Counted from the stretch's first letter, positions 1 to 12,322 are shown. The stretch is DNA of 64,000 bases from an uncultured delta proteobacterium (GCA_963766715.1 CAVYBH010000008.1:416001-480000), one strand, 5' to 3'. Notes: generated from the letters alone by a model not told the origin. Translations and numbers: made by a program.

Positions 1-111
1 ACGCGGCGGCATCGGGACGGTGATCACGGCCACCCACGGCCGGCGTCCCGTGGGCGCGGCACGCTAGGGTCCCGCCCGGTCCCTCACCGGGAGTGGTAGA
101 TTCGGCGGACC

Positions 112-1881
112 ATGCCGGATCGTGCGGTGAGCCTGCCACCCGTGGAAGTGAGCGTCGACGGGGTGGTCGCGTTCCAGCCCGACTCGCTGCTCGGCACGGT
201 GGTGGCCGGACGCTACCGGCTCTCCGGGCACCTGGCCTCGGGCGGGATGGCGGCGGTCTACGTCGCCGAGGACACCCGGGACAGGCACGAGGTCGCGCTC
301 AAGCTGCTGCGCCCCGACCTGGCGGCCTCTCCCGACGTCGTCCGCCGGTTCCTCTGCGAGGGCTCGATCGCCTCGATGATCGAGCACGAGAACGTGGTGC
401 GCGTCCTCGACCACGGCGGGTCCGGCCAGGGCCCGTACTTCATCGCCATGGAGCTCCTCGAGGGCGAGGGCCTCTTCGACCGGCTGCGCCGGCGGGGGGC
501 GCTGCCGCCGTCCGAGGTGGTCTCGATCCTCGGCCAGGTGTGCGAGGGGCTCGAGGCCGCGCACCGGCAGGGGGTCATCCACCGGGACCTCAAGCCGGAG
601 AACATCTTCCTCCACGGCCGGCGCGGCGCTCCACCGGTGGTGAAGATCCTGGACTTCGGGGTGGCCAGCGCCGCCGACGCCGAGACCGGGGACGCCGGCT
701 TCGTGGTCGGGACGCCGGAGTACCTCTCGCCCGAGCAGGCCTTCGGCAAGGCCGTCGACGCACGCGCCGACATCTACTCGGTGGGCGTCATGGCCTGGCG
801 GATGCTCGTGGGGCGCACCCCCTTCACGGCCGACTCGGCCGACTCCCTGATCCGCATGCAGGCGCGGGACCCGGTGCCTCCGCTCACCGAGGCCCGGCCC
901 GACCTGGCCTCCCACCCCGACCTGGTCGCCGCCGTGGCGCGCGCCTGCGCCAAGGATCCCGACGAGCGCCCCGCCTCGGCCGAGGCGCTCGCCGAGGAGC
1001 TGGCCCGCACCATGGGTCACCTGACCCCGCTCCCCGCGGTCCTGCCGATGCCCACCTTCCACACCACCCCGCCCGGGAGCTCGACGGGAGGGGGCGCCAT
1101 CTCCTCGTTCGCCGCGGCGCCTCCGCACGCCCCGGCGCGCCCCGCCCCTCCGGACCGGGGCAACCCCCTCCGGATCGCAGCCGCCGTCCTGCTGGTGATC
1201 GGGCTCGTGGCGGGTGGAGCGGCCCTCCACCTCCACTCCCGCCCGGCGGCACGGGCCGAGCGCCTGCTCGCCCAGGGGCAGGACGGCGAGGCCAGCGCAC
1301 TGCTCGCCGCCGCCGCGGAGGCGCAGCCGGGAAACGCGCGAGTCCGCGCGCTGCTCGGCCGCGCCCTCCTCCGGCTGGGACAGCCGGCCGCGGCGCTCGA
1401 CGCGTACGAGGGCGCCTTCGAGCTCGACCCGGGGGCGATCGAGCCGGCCGACCTGAAGGCGCTCGCGACCGCGCTCACCCGCCGTGGCGCCGTGGCCGAG
1501 CGGTCGGCCCACCTCCTGGCCCGGGTGGGGGCGCCGGCGGCTCCCGAGGTCCTGGCCGCGATTCCCCTCACCTCGGGGGCGGAGCGGGTCCGGGCCATCG
1601 AGCTGGCCGTCGCGCTCGATCCCCGACAGCGGACCGCCTCCGTCGCCTCCTGGTCGCCCCTGCTCGACGACCCGGACTGCGACGTCCGCCGCGCGGCGGT
1701 GCGCAAGCTCGGCGATTCGGGCGATCCGTCGGCGATCCCGCCCCTCCAGAACCTGGCCGGCCTCCGGGAGGGTCGCCCGCCACCGGGCGCCACCCCGGCG
1801 TCGCGGGCCACGTCGGTGTGCGGCGCGCTCGAGGCCGGAGAGGCGCTGGCGCGACTCCAGTCGGCATCGCCTGCCCGCTGA
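112..1881 (+). CDS. Hanks-type Ser/Thr protein kinase with a transmembrane segment and C-terminal TPR/HEAT-like repeats
   Basis: Kinase motifs LASGGMAAVY, VALKLL, HRDLKPEN, DFG and GTPEYLSPEQ; hydrophobic stretch IAAAVLLVIGLVAGGAAL; HEAT-like LLDDPDCDVRRAAVRKLG. Confidence 0.92.
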   Translation: MPDRAVSLPPVEVSVDGVVAFQPDSLLGTVVAGRYRLSGHLASGGMAAVYVAEDTRDRHEVALKLLRPDLAASPDVVRRFLCEGSIASMIEHENVVRVLDHGGSGQGPYFIAMELLEGEGLFDRLRRRGALPPSEVVSILGQVCEGLEAAHRQGVIHRDLKPENIFLHGRRGAPPVVKILDFGVASAADAETGDAGFVVGTPEYLSPEQAFGKAVDARADIYSVGVMAWRMLVGRTPFTADSADSLIRMQARDPVPPLTEARPDLASHPDLVAAVARACAKDPDERPASAEALAEELARTMGHLTPLPAVLPMPTFHTTPPGSSTGGGAISSFAAAPPHAPARPAPPDRGNPLRIAAAVLLVIGLVAGGAALHLHSRPAARAERLLAQGQDGEASALLAAAAEAQPGNARVRALLGRALLRLGQPAAALDAYEGAFELDPGAIEPADLKALATALTRRGAVAERSAHLLARVGAPAAPEVLAAIPLTSGAERVRAIELAVALDPRQRTASVASWSPLLDDPDCDVRRAAVRKLGDSGDPSAIPPLQNLAGLREGRPPPGATPASRATSVCGALEAGEALARLQSASPAR

Positions 1882-1941
1882 TCCTATGATCCGTCTCGCT
1901 TACCCTGCCGCTTCCGCGGCGACACGACCTGGGAGGTCTGA

Positions 1942-3498
1942 ATGAAGATCGAGGTGACGGGCACCGCGCCCCTGGAGCTGGAAGCATCCGTCCTCGCCGT
2001 TCCCGTCTTCGAGGAGGACGTGGGGGACGCCAGGGGATTCCTGGCCGAGATCGATCGCCGGCTGGGCGGGTACGTGGCGGCGGCCGTGGCGGAGGAGGAT
2101 TTCCAGGGCAAGCCCGGGCAGACGCTCGGCCTCCGCACGCTCGGCAAGATGAAGGCGGCGAGGCTTCTCCTGGTCGGGCTGGGCAAGCGGGAGGGCGCCG
2201 AGACCGCGCTGCCCCGGGCGGGCTTCGAGCCGCTGCGCGTCGCGGCGGGAGAGGCCGCTCGCCAGGCCCAGAAGGGCGGCGCCACGCGGCTGGCGTTCGC
2301 CGCCCCCCGTCTTCCCGGACAGACGGCCCACGAGGCCCGGGCCATCGTCGAAGGGGCGCTGCTCGGCGCCTACCGCTTCGACCGGTACAAGACCGAGGAC
2401 AAGAAGAAGAAGCCTCGCAAGCTCGAGACGCTGGTCGTCGCCGTCCCGCAGGGGCTGGAGCGGTCGAAGGAAGTGAAGGAGTCGCTGGCGCTCGCCCGCT
2501 CGGTGGCCGCGGCGGTCGCCTGGGCCCGGGATCGCGTGAACGAGCCGCCGCTCCACCTCACGCCGTCGCGGCTCGCCGACGCCGCCCGGGAGCTGGCGAA
2601 GGAGTCCGGGCTCCACGTCGAGGTGATGGGGCCCCGGGAGATCGCCGGGCTGCGCATGGGCATGTTCCTGGGCGTGACCCGGGGCTCGGCCGAGGAGCCG
2701 CGGCTCCTCAAGATCTCCTACGTGCCGCGGGGGACGGCGGCGAGGAAGCCCCCGGTGGTCTTCGTCGGCAAGGCGATCACCTTCGACTCGGGTGGCCTCT
2801 CCCTGAAGCCCACCGAGAGCATGGTGGACATGAAGACCGACATGGCCGGGGCGGCCGCGGCCATCGCCGCCATGAAGGTGATCGCGGAGATCGCCCCGCC
2901 CTTCCCGGTGCACGCGCTGGTGGGCGCCTGCGAGAACATGCCGGGCGGGCGCGCCTACAAGCCCTCCGACATCCTCATCGCCCGGAACGGGAAGACGGTG
3001 GAGATCACCAACACCGACGCCGAGGGACGGCTCGTCCTGGGCGACGTGCTGGCCTGGGGCGTCGAGACGCTCGCTCCGGCCGTGCTGGTCGACCTGGCGA
3101 CGCTGACCGGGGCCTGCATCGTGGCGCTCGGCATGACGACGGTGGGCGCGTTCGGTCCCGACGGCCCGGCCATGGACGCGGTGCTCGAGGCGGCGCGCGC
3201 CGCCGGCGAGGACACCTGGCGGCTGCCGCTCACCGAGTCGGTGAAGGAGGAGATCAAGAGCGACGTCGCCGACCTCAAGAACGCGGGCACCCGCATGGGC
3301 GGCTCCATCAGCGCCGCCCACTTCCTGAAGGAGTTCGTCGGCGACGCCCCGTGGGTCCACCTCGACATCGCCGGCCCCTCCAACACGTCGAAGGAGAAGG
3401 GCTACGTCGGCAAGGGCGGCACCGGCGTCGGCGTGCGCACGCTCGTCGAGCTCGTGCGGGCCCGCGCCGGCGAGGAGTCGCGTCCTCCGCGCCGGTAG
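1942..3498 (+). CDS. pepA: Leucyl aminopeptidase (M17)
   Basis: VGKAITFDSGG, MKTDMAGAA, NTDAEGRL and WVHLDIAG motifs; GGAGG RBS upstream. Confidence 0.96.
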   Translation: MKIEVTGTAPLELEASVLAVPVFEEDVGDARGFLAEIDRRLGGYVAAAVAEEDFQGKPGQTLGLRTLGKMKAARLLLVGLGKREGAETALPRAGFEPLRVAAGEAARQAQKGGATRLAFAAPRLPGQTAHEARAIVEGALLGAYRFDRYKTEDKKKKPRKLETLVVAVPQGLERSKEVKESLALARSVAAAVAWARDRVNEPPLHLTPSRLADAARELAKESGLHVEVMGPREIAGLRMGMFLGVTRGSAEEPRLLKISYVPRGTAARKPPVVFVGKAITFDSGGLSLKPTESMVDMKTDMAGAAAAIAAMKVIAEIAPPFPVHALVGACENMPGGRAYKPSDILIARNGKTVEITNTDAEGRLVLGDVLAWGVETLAPAVLVDLATLTGACIVALGMTTVGAFGPDGPAMDAVLEAARAAGEDTWRLPLTESVKEEIKSDVADLKNAGTRMGGSISAAHFLKEFVGDAPWVHLDIAGPSNTSKEKGYVGKGGTGVGVRTLVELVRARAGEESRPPRR

Positions 3499-3513
3499 CG
3501 CCCCGGTCCCGGC

Positions 3514-4627
3514 ATGAAGGCGCTCGAGGAGCTCGCGCTTCTGCTCCGCCCCGCGGGCGGCGGCGTCCACCTCGTGTCGACCGGACGGGACGCGCAGCTC
3601 GAGGCCCAGCGGAAGCTCTACGGCGTCTCCACCGACGAGGCGGTCCAGGCCTGCTTCCTGGATCGCCTCTCCCGGATCGGCTCGGCGCGCGCCGTGGTCC
3701 TGGGCATCCCCTCCGACGTCGGCGCCGGGTTCCTCCGCGGCGCCAACCAGGGGCCGCTCGCCATCCGCACGCGCCTCCTCGAGGAGGACCCGGCCTGGCT
3801 CACCCGCGCCGCGGGCCAGGGACTCCTCGACCTCGGCGACGTCTTCGTCGTGCCCCAGCTCCTCCACGACGAGATGCTCTCCGACGGCGCAGCTCGCGGC
3901 CTCGCGCCGCGCGCTCTACCCGGGACTCGCGCCGGCGCTGGCGGCCCGGCTCCCGGTGTCCCCGCTCTCGATCGCCGAGCGGGTCCTCGACCTCGTGCTC
4001 TCCCTCGCGCCGTCGGCCGCGCCCGTCCTCCTGGGCGGGGACCACTCGACCGCCTGGCCGGCGGTGGCGGCGCTCGCCCGGGTCCGGCCCGGCATGGGCC
4101 TCGTCCAGATCGACGCGCACACCGACCTCCTCGAGGAGCGACTCGGAGTGAAATACTGCTTCGGGACCTGGTCGTTCCACGCCAACGAGCTCCTCGGCCG
4201 CGGGGGGCGGCTCGTCCAGCTGGGGATCCGGGCCTCCCGGCACGACCGCGCCCACTGGGAGTCGACGCTGGGGGTCCGCCAGCTCTGGGCGGCGGACGTG
4301 CTCGCCGATCCGGCCCGGGCGCTCGACGAGGCGGTCCGGGCCGTGCGCGCCTCCGGCGCACGCGGCGTCTACTTCTCGAACGACGTGGACGGGACCGACG
4401 AGGCCTGGGCGGACGCGACCGGCACGCCGGAACCGGGCGGGCTCGAGCCCGGCTTCGTGGTGGAGCTCATCCGCCGGCTGGGCCGGGAGGTGGGGCTCGT
4501 GGGCGGGGACGTCATGGAGGTCGCGCCGTCCCTCGCCCGGACGCCGGGCGGCGCGGACCGGACCCTGGGGCTCGCCGCCCGATACTTCCGCGAGACCGTG
4601 GACGCGTTGCTCGCGGTGCGCCGCTAG
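3514..4627 (+). CDS. Arginase/agmatinase (ureohydrolase) family protein; apparent frameshift near 3890
   Basis: N-half in ORF 3514 (GIPSDVGAGFLRGANQGP, DLGD); C-half in ORF 3956 (LGGDHS, IDAHTD, SNDVDGTD, TGTPEPGG). Confidence 0.85.
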
Positions 4628-4641
4628 GAGCGCGGGCCTCG

Positions 4642-4941
4642 CTACACCTTGGCCTTCGCCTCTTCCTTCCTGGCCGGGACGCCGGCCAGGGTGGCGACCG
4701 CCGCTCCGACCACCGCGCCGCCGACCGCGAAGAGGGCGCCCACGCCGGTCACGCCGAGGACCATCCCGAAGACGATGAGCGCGCGGACGAGGAAGGTGGC
4801 CTGCACCGGGGTCCCGGCGATCCCGCCGGCGAGCAGCACGCCCGCGTAGCCTCCGTACAGCAGCGCGGGGAGCAGGCCGAGCGCGAGGAAGAGAGCCAGT
4901 CCGACTGCGGCGCCGATGATGGTGGGGGTCTTGCGGGTCAT
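4642..4941 (-). CDS. Small Gly/Ala-rich membrane protein of unknown function
   Basis: 99-aa ORF with 2-3 hydrophobic helices; strong AGGAGG RBS upstream. Confidence 0.8.
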   Translation of the reverse strand: MTRKTPTIIGAAVGLALFLALGLLPALLYGGYAGVLLAGGIAGTPVQATFLVRALIVFGMVLGVTGVGALFAVGGAVVGAAVATLAGVPARKEEAKAKV

Positions 4942-4969
4942 GACGTCCTCCTTGGTTGTCTGGAGGTAT

Positions 4970-4985
4970 TGCAGCCCTCCTGCCA
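4970..4985 (-). promoter_or_regulatory. Putative sigma-54 (-24/-12) promoter for the small membrane protein gene
   Basis: Minus strand reads TGGCAGG-AGGG-CTGCA, with GG and GC at the consensus TGGCACG-N4-TTGC spacing, about 30 nt upstream of the ATG. Confidence 0.55.
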
Positions 4986-5116
4986 GCTTCCGTCACCCGT
5001 GATCCCGGGCATTTGCCGAGGCCCGCTGTCGGGATTTCCGGACGTGTGACGCGGAGCGGCCGACAGCCGGGCCCCCCGCCCGGGACGCCCGTGCACCCGC
5101 CCGGGGCGGACGGGGC

Positions 5117-5686
5117 TCAGTGGATGCGGGGCAGGAGGGGGAGGCCCGCGACGACGGCCGCTTCCTCGTCGGCCATCTCGGCGAGCCGGCGATCCACGTC
5201 GATGCCGCCGGCGTGGACGCGGGCCAGGTCGACGAAGAGCCGCTCGTGGCCGGCCTCGGAGATGGCGAGACGCCGGTAGAACTCCCGCAGCCGGGGCTCG
5301 GCGATCGCCTCGCCGAGCAGGGTCAGCCGCTCGCAGCTCCGCGCCTCGACGAGCGCGCAGACGAGGAGCTGCTCGGCGAGCCGTCCCCGCCCTCCCCCGG
5401 CGAGCCGCAGGAGCGACTGCACGTAGGGATCGCCCGCATCGGGCGGCAGGGTGCGCCCGCGCTGCGCCAGCTCGTTCAGCACGGCGAGGAAGTGATGCGT
5501 CTCCTCCTGCGCCAGCCTGGCCAGCTTGCGGACCAGGTCGGGCTCCCCGGCGTTGTCGGCGACGAGCTTCACGGCGGTGGCCGCCGCCTTCTTCTCGCAG
5601 TGGGCGTGGTCGCCGAGCGTGGCGTCGAGGTCGGAGACGGCCACCTCGACCCAGCGCGGATCGGTGCTCGAGCGGAGGATGCTCAC
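5117..5686 (-). CDS. miaE: tRNA-(ms2io6A37) hydroxylase, ferritin-like di-iron enzyme
   Basis: [22 protein letters not shown] and SEAGH motifs; GTG start at 5686 overlaps an upstream TGA (GTGA). Confidence 0.88.
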   Translation of the reverse strand: MSILRSSTDPRWVEVAVSDLDATLGDHAHCEKKAAATAVKLVADNAGEPDLVRKLARLAQEETHHFLAVLNELAQRGRTLPPDAGDPYVQSLLRLAGGGRGRLAEQLLVCALVEARSCERLTLLGEAIAEPRLREFYRRLAISEAGHERLFVDLARVHAGGIDVDRRLAEMADEEAAVVAGLPLLPRIH

Positions 5687-6650
5687 GGGGCGAACATACC
5701 TCCGGCGAGGCGCGCCGGCGTCCGGGGAATCGCGCTCGAGGCGGAATCCTTCCACCAGGTCCACCGGCCGGGCGTGCGCCCCCTGCGCCACGAGCCCGCA
5801 GGTGGCCGCCAGCGCGCCCACCACGGCGTCGGGGTCCGCGCCTCCGGCGCGCAGCTCCCCGAGGGATCGCGCGCCGTGCCGCTTGGCGAGCCGCTCTCCG
5901 TCCTCGCCCACCACCAGCGGGACGTGGGCGTACCGGGGCAGCGGGAGCCCCAGCGCCCGGCCGAGGAGGATCTGGCGGGAGGTGGACGGGAGCAGGTCGT
6001 CCCCGCGGACCACGTCGGTGATCTCCATGGCCGCGTCGTCGAGGACCACGGCGAGCTGGTACGAGGGCACGCCGTCGGCCCGGGCCACCACGAAGTCGCC
6101 CACCGTCGCCGCCACGTCGAAGGAACACCGACCGTGAATGCCGTCGCTCGAAGTCCACCGGCCCCTCCGGGACCCGGAACCGCCAGGCCGGGGGGCGCCG
6201 CGCGGAACGGGCGGCCCGCTCCGCCTCCCCGAGATCGCGGCACGTCCCCGGGTACCGCGGCCCGTCGTCCCCGGCGTGGGGCGCCTGCGACGCCTGGGCG
6301 ATCTCGGCGCGGGAGCAGAAGCACGGGTAGACGAGCCCGGCCTCCCGGAGCCGGTCGAGCGCCCCGGCGTATCGCTCGCCGCGCTCCGACTGCCGGTAGG
6401 GTCCGAGCGCGCCCCCCACGTCCGGCCCCTCGTCCCAGTCGAGCCCCAGCCAGCGGAGCTCCTCGAGGATGCGGGCCTCGAGCCCGGGCCTCACCCGGGG
6501 CCCGTCCAGGTCCTCGACGCGCATGACGAGAGCACCCCGGAGGGACCTCGCGGCCAGCCAGGCGAGCAGCGCCGTGCGGGCGTTCCCCAGATGGAGGGGG
6601 CCGGTCGGACTGGGGGCGAACCTTCCGCGGATATGCCGGGGGTGAGACAA
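5683..6650 (-). CDS. gluQ: Glutamyl-Q tRNA(Asp) synthetase; apparent frameshifts near 6140 and near the C-terminus
   Basis: [46 protein letters not shown] and RLAKRHG motifs; no anticodon-binding domain. Confidence 0.85.
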
Positions 6651-6699
6651 CGATTCCCTGGATAACTCGCCGGGGATCCGGCTACAAGTCCACGTTCCG

Positions 6700-8253
6700 A
6701 TGCGCGAATCCGGCGTCCTCATCCCCCTGTTCTCGATCCGCTCGCCGTCGGGCTGGGGGCTGGGCGAGATCCCCGACCTGGTGCCGTTCGCGCGCTGGGC
6801 GGTCTCGGCCGGGTTCTCCCTCGTCCAGGTACTGCCGGTGAACGAGGTGGCTCGCGGGCAGGACAGCCCCTACACCGCCATCTCCGCCTTCGCCATCGAC
6901 CCCGTCTACCTCGCGCTGGACGCCACCGAGGACTTCCTGGCCGCCGGCGGCCGCGACGCGCTCCAGCCGTCCGACCGCGCGCTGCTCGCGGAGCTCCAGC
7001 AGTCCGACCGCGTCCGGTGGAACGACATCCGGCCCCTCAAGGAGCGGGCCTGCGAGATCGCCTTCCGGTCGTTCCTCGAGAAGGAGTGGCACGCCAGCAC
7101 GGCGCGCGCCGCGGCGCTGCGGGAGTACCGGCGGCAGCACGCCTCCTGGCTGGCCGACTACGCGCTCTTCGTCTCCCTCCACGACGACCTGCACGGCGGA
7201 CGGAGCTGGCAGGACTGGCCGGAGCCGCTCGCCTCCCGCGACCCGGAGGCGCTGGCCTCGGCCCGGGCCTCGCTCTCCGAGCGGATCCTCTTCCGCTCCT
7301 GGCTGCAGTGGCAGCTCGACGAGCAGTGGCACGCGGCGCGCCGGGCGGTGGTCACGGCGGGCGCCGACCTCATGGGCGACCTCCCCTTCATGGTCGCCAC
7401 CGACTCGGCCGACGTCTGGGCCCGCCCGTTCGACTTCCGGCTCGACGCCCGCGCCGGCGTCCCGCCCGACGCCTTCAGCGCCGAGGGGCAGGACTGGGGC
7501 CTGCCGGTCTACCGCTGGGACGAGATGGCCCGGAACGGGTACGCCTGGATCGCCGCCCGGGCGCGCCGCTCGGCCGAGCTCTACGGCGCGTACCGCGTGG
7601 ACCACGTGGTGGGGTTCTACCGGAGCTACTTCCGACCCAACGACGGGGGCCCCCCGGCCTTCGTTCCCGACACCGAGCCCGCCCAGATCGCGAACGGCGA
7701 GCGGGTCATGGCGGCCTTCGCCCAGGGTGCGCGCGTCATCGCCGAGGACCTCGGCACCGTTCCCGACTTCGTCCGCGAGTCGCTCGCCCGGCTGGCGATC
7801 CCGGGCTACCGCGTGCTGCGCTGGGAGAAGGACGACGCCGTCTTCCGCGACCCGGCGAGGTGGCCCGTCGTCTCGCTCGCCACCACCGGCACCCACGACA
7901 CCGACTCGCTCGCCGACTGGTACGAGTCGCTCCCCGCCGCCGAGCGCGCCGCGCTGCTGGCGCTGCCCGAGCTCGCGGATCTGGCGCGCCGGGCGCCGGT
8001 GACCTTCGACGACGGCGTCCGGGACGCCCTGCTCGAGCTCGTCTCGGGCTCGCGCTCCGACCTCCTGCTCCTGCCCTTCCAGGACGCCGTCGGCGCCCGG
8101 GAGCGCGTCAACGTCCCCGGCACGGTGAACCCGGGGAACTGGTCCTACCGGATTCCCCAGCTGGTCTCGGCGCTGCTCGCCGACCAGGCGGCGGCGGAGC
8201 GGCTGTCGGCGCTGGCGCTGCGCACCGGACGGACGAGGCCGGGCGTCGCGTGA
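6700..8253 (+). CDS. malQ: 4-alpha-glucanotransferase (amylomaltase, GH77)
   Basis: GVPPDAFSAEGQDWGLP, YRVDHVVG, IAEDLG, TGTHD and NVPGT..NWSYR motifs. Confidence 0.93.
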   Translation: MRESGVLIPLFSIRSPSGWGLGEIPDLVPFARWAVSAGFSLVQVLPVNEVARGQDSPYTAISAFAIDPVYLALDATEDFLAAGGRDALQPSDRALLAELQQSDRVRWNDIRPLKERACEIAFRSFLEKEWHASTARAAALREYRRQHASWLADYALFVSLHDDLHGGRSWQDWPEPLASRDPEALASARASLSERILFRSWLQWQLDEQWHAARRAVVTAGADLMGDLPFMVATDSADVWARPFDFRLDARAGVPPDAFSAEGQDWGLPVYRWDEMARNGYAWIAARARRSAELYGAYRVDHVVGFYRSYFRPNDGGPPAFVPDTEPAQIANGERVMAAFAQGARVIAEDLGTVPDFVRESLARLAIPGYRVLRWEKDDAVFRDPARWPVVSLATTGTHDTDSLADWYESLPAAERAALLALPELADLARRAPVTFDDGVRDALLELVSGSRSDLLLLPFQDAVGARERVNVPGTVNPGNWSYRIPQLVSALLADQAAAERLSALALRTGRTRPGVA

Positions 8254-8692
8254 GCGCCGAGACCTACCTGATCCGTCACGCCGAGGCAGGCGCCGGGGTC
8301 GGGATCAAGGACGCCGACCGGCGGATCACCGACCACGGCCGGGCCGGGTTCGAGCGCTTGCTGGCGGTGCTCGGTCCGTCGCTCTCCGTGAGGCGCATCC
8401 TGACCAGCCCGTTCTTGCGGGCGCGCGAGACCGCCGGGATCCTCGAGGCAGGCCACCGGGGCCCCCGTGGAGCCCTCCGACGAGCTCGCCTCCGGCCACT
8501 GCTCCGGGCGCGAGCTGCTGGCCGTGGCCCGGCAGGCCGGTCCCGGCGCGGCCCTGGTAGGTCACAACCCGGAGATCGCCGAGGCGCTCGCGGCGGCGGG
8601 AAGCGGCGGGGCCGCCGGTCCCCCCGGGGACCGTCGCCGCGCTCGACCTGGGCGGCGCCAGGCCCCGGGTGCTGTGGATCCGGTCCCCCTGA
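8250..8692 (+). CDS. sixA: SixA-like phosphohistidine phosphatase; two apparent frameshifts
   Basis: YLIRHAEA, ILTSPFLRARETA and LVGHNPEI motifs spread over shifted frames; GTG overlaps the malQ stop. Confidence 0.75.
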
Positions 8693-8705
8693 TATGCTCC
8701 CGGGG

Positions 8706-10307
<1,602 letters not shown>

Positions 10308-10310
10308 GCC

Positions 10311-11033
10311 GTGTCCTCCGAGCGTCGCGATCGCTTCCTGAAGCTCGAGCGGCCACGCCAGCCCGGCGGCAGCGCGCCCGACGCGCTCCCGGGCGAGGAA
10401 CGCTTCGAGGGAATCGGCGCCGGGACGGGCAGCCAGGCCCGCCGCCGGGCAACGGCGTGCCCTCCACGTCCACCGACCGCTTCCGTCCGCCGCCCGAGCG
10501 CCCCCTCGAGACCGCCGGCCATCCGGAGGACGCGCAGCCATTCACCCGCTGCGCGTCCTGCCAGATGGACAACACGGTGTACGCGGCGGCCTGCCAGAAC
10601 TGCGGCGCCGCGCTCGACACCCCGGCCCAGCGGGACTTCAACGAGCGGCTCTGGGCGAGCCGCCGCGCCGAGGCCGAGGCCGAGCGCCGGGCCGCCGCGG
10701 AGCTGGAGAAGGAGCGGCAGCGCGACGCGGCCGCCCAGGCCCGGGCCCGCCGCGAGCTGGCCGAGGAGATGGCGCGGCAGGAGAAGGACCGGATCGACGA
10801 CCAGTACGGCGCGGGACGTCCCCGGGCGGCCGTCGTCGGACACCGCCGGGATGCGGCTGCTCCGCCTCGTGCCCGGCGCCGGCTGGCGCATCGCGATCGC
10901 GGTGGTCGCCATCGGGATCCCGCTCCTGCTCCTGCTCTTCGGGCGCGGCCCGATCCAGCTCGCCGGCATGGCGATCCTGGGCCTCCTCGTCGCGCTCTTC
11001 TCGCCCGCGCGGCGCCGCACCCGGAGGTGGTGA
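10311..11033 (+). CDS. Hypothetical Zn-ribbon / coiled-coil / two-TM membrane protein; frameshifted
   Basis: Reconstructed across frames: CASCQMDN...CQNCGAALD (two CxxC), an E/R/A-rich helix, then two C-terminal hydrophobic helices. Confidence 0.6.
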   Translation: MSSERRDRFLKLERPRQPGGSAPDALPGEERFEGIGAGTGSQARRRATACPPRPPTASVRRPSAPSRPPAIRRTRSHSPAARPARWTTRCTRRPARTAAPRSTPRPSGTSTSGSGRAAAPRPRPSAGPPRSWRRSGSATRPPRPGPAASWPRRWRGRRRTGSTTSTARDVPGRPSSDTAGMRLLRLVPGAGWRIAIAVVAIGIPLLLLLFGRGPIQLAGMAILGLLVALFSPARRRTRRW

Positions 11034-11407
11034 TGTCCCAGAACGTCGGAATCGTCGTCGCCGTGCAGGGCCTCGCGGTGCTCCTCCAGGTGGTGGCGGA
11101 GCTGGGGGCGCAGTACCGGGCCGAGAAGAAGATGCGCACCGCCGACGGCGCGACCCACGACGTGGACTACGTGGTGAAGGACGGCGAGGCCGAGGTCGGG
11201 CTCCGGGTGGACAAGAAGACCGACCAGGTGACGATCATCCCGAAGGACTGCGACGCCGGGCCCGGGAAGGCGCTGGCCGGGCGGATCGCCCAGCGCTGGG
11301 CGTACTCGAAGGCGGTCGGCGAGCTGAAGCGCAAGGGGTACACCGTGGCCAAGGAGGAGAAGCAGGCCGACGGCACGGTGCGCGTGGTCATGCAGCGCTG
11401 GAGGTGA
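11033..11407 (+). CDS. DUF1257 (Ycf35-like) family protein
   Basis: MSQNVGIV...[41 protein letters not shown] matches the typical C-terminal pattern; TGATG coupling with the upstream gene. Confidence 0.7.
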   Translation: MSQNVGIVVAVQGLAVLLQVVAELGAQYRAEKKMRTADGATHDVDYVVKDGEAEVGLRVDKKTDQVTIIPKDCDAGPGKALAGRIAQRWAYSKAVGELKRKGYTVAKEEKQADGTVRVVMQRWR

Positions 11408-11410
11408 GCC

Positions 11411-11611
11411 GTGGCCGAGAAGATCGAGATCGAGCTGCACTTCACGCCCGACGGCCAGGTCCGGCTCGAGACCCGCGGGCTGAAGGGAAAGACCTGCGTC
11501 ACCGAGACCGAGGCGCTCGAGAAGGCGCTGGGGCGGGTGGAGGCGCGGACGAAGACCTCCGAGTACTACCAGCAGCCTGCCGCGGTGAAGGGAACCACCC
11601 GGCAGGGCTGA
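11411..11611 (+). CDS. DUF2997 family protein
   Basis: IELHFTPDGQVRLETRGLKGKTCVTETEALEKALG...KTSEYYQ; adjacent to the DUF1257 gene. Confidence 0.8.
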   Translation: MAEKIEIELHFTPDGQVRLETRGLKGKTCVTETEALEKALGRVEARTKTSEYYQQPAAVKGTTRQG

Positions 11612-11631
11612 CGGCGCCGGCCGGCAGCCGG

Positions 11632-12209
11632 TCACCCCTCCGGCCAGCCGCTCCGCTCGAGCCGCCCGTCGGGGCCGAGGCGGAGCTCCACCGTGCGCTC
11701 CGGTGTCCCGGGCCCGATCCGCTCCACACCCGGCTCGTACCGGCCGGTGAGGAAGTGGAAGCGCTGGTTCCCGGAGCCGGCCCAGCGTCGCGACGTCTCC
11801 GGGAGATCCCGCCGGAAGGGGCCGTCGACCAGCAGGTCGACCTCCGCGAGGAGCGCCTCCGCTCCCGGCACGCCGGCCGGCGCGCAGGTCCTCGAGGAGG
11901 TGGCCGGTGAAGACCACGACCGAGAGCCCGCGCTCCCGCACCTCCCGGGCGAAGGGCGCGAGCGCCGCCGCCTGCTCGAGGGGCTCTCCGCCGAGCAGCG
12001 TGATCCCCTCGACGCGTCCCGCCACGCCGTCCAGGCGGGCGAGCAGCTCTCCCGGCTCGACCGTCCGGCCTCCCGGCCGGGTCGAACATGTGGGGATTGC
12101 AGCAGCCCGGGCAGCGAATGGAGCAGCCCTGGAGCCAGACGGCGAAGCGGGACCCCGGCCCCTCGGCCTCGGTGACGTCGACGACGGCGGCGATCCGGAT
12201 CGGGGCCAT
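11632..12209 (-). CDS. Small NrdG-like radical SAM / 4Fe-4S single-cluster protein; apparent frameshifts near 12070 and 11880
   Basis: [26 protein letters not shown] (CX3CX2C), [21 protein letters not shown] and WAGSGNQR motifs. Confidence 0.82.
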
Positions 12210-12322
12210 TTCCGTGCCATCCTAGCCCGCCCCCGGCCCCACTCGACGGCACCCTTGATCTCCACCCCCCGGTGCGCGATCTTGCGGGCCCCGCCGCCCC
12301 CGCCCCGCAGCCGGAGGATTCC

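Noticed and set aside
5117..6115. Apparent GluQ-MiaE fusion ORF
   Set aside because: A TGA at 5683-5685 overlaps the miaE GTG in a typical GTGA coupling, so a late indel in gluQ explains the read-through.
12205..12219. TGGCACG-GAAA-TGGC as a sigma-54 promoter for the radical SAM gene
   Set aside because: The -12 element overlaps the predicted start codon, leaving no room for a transcript that includes it.
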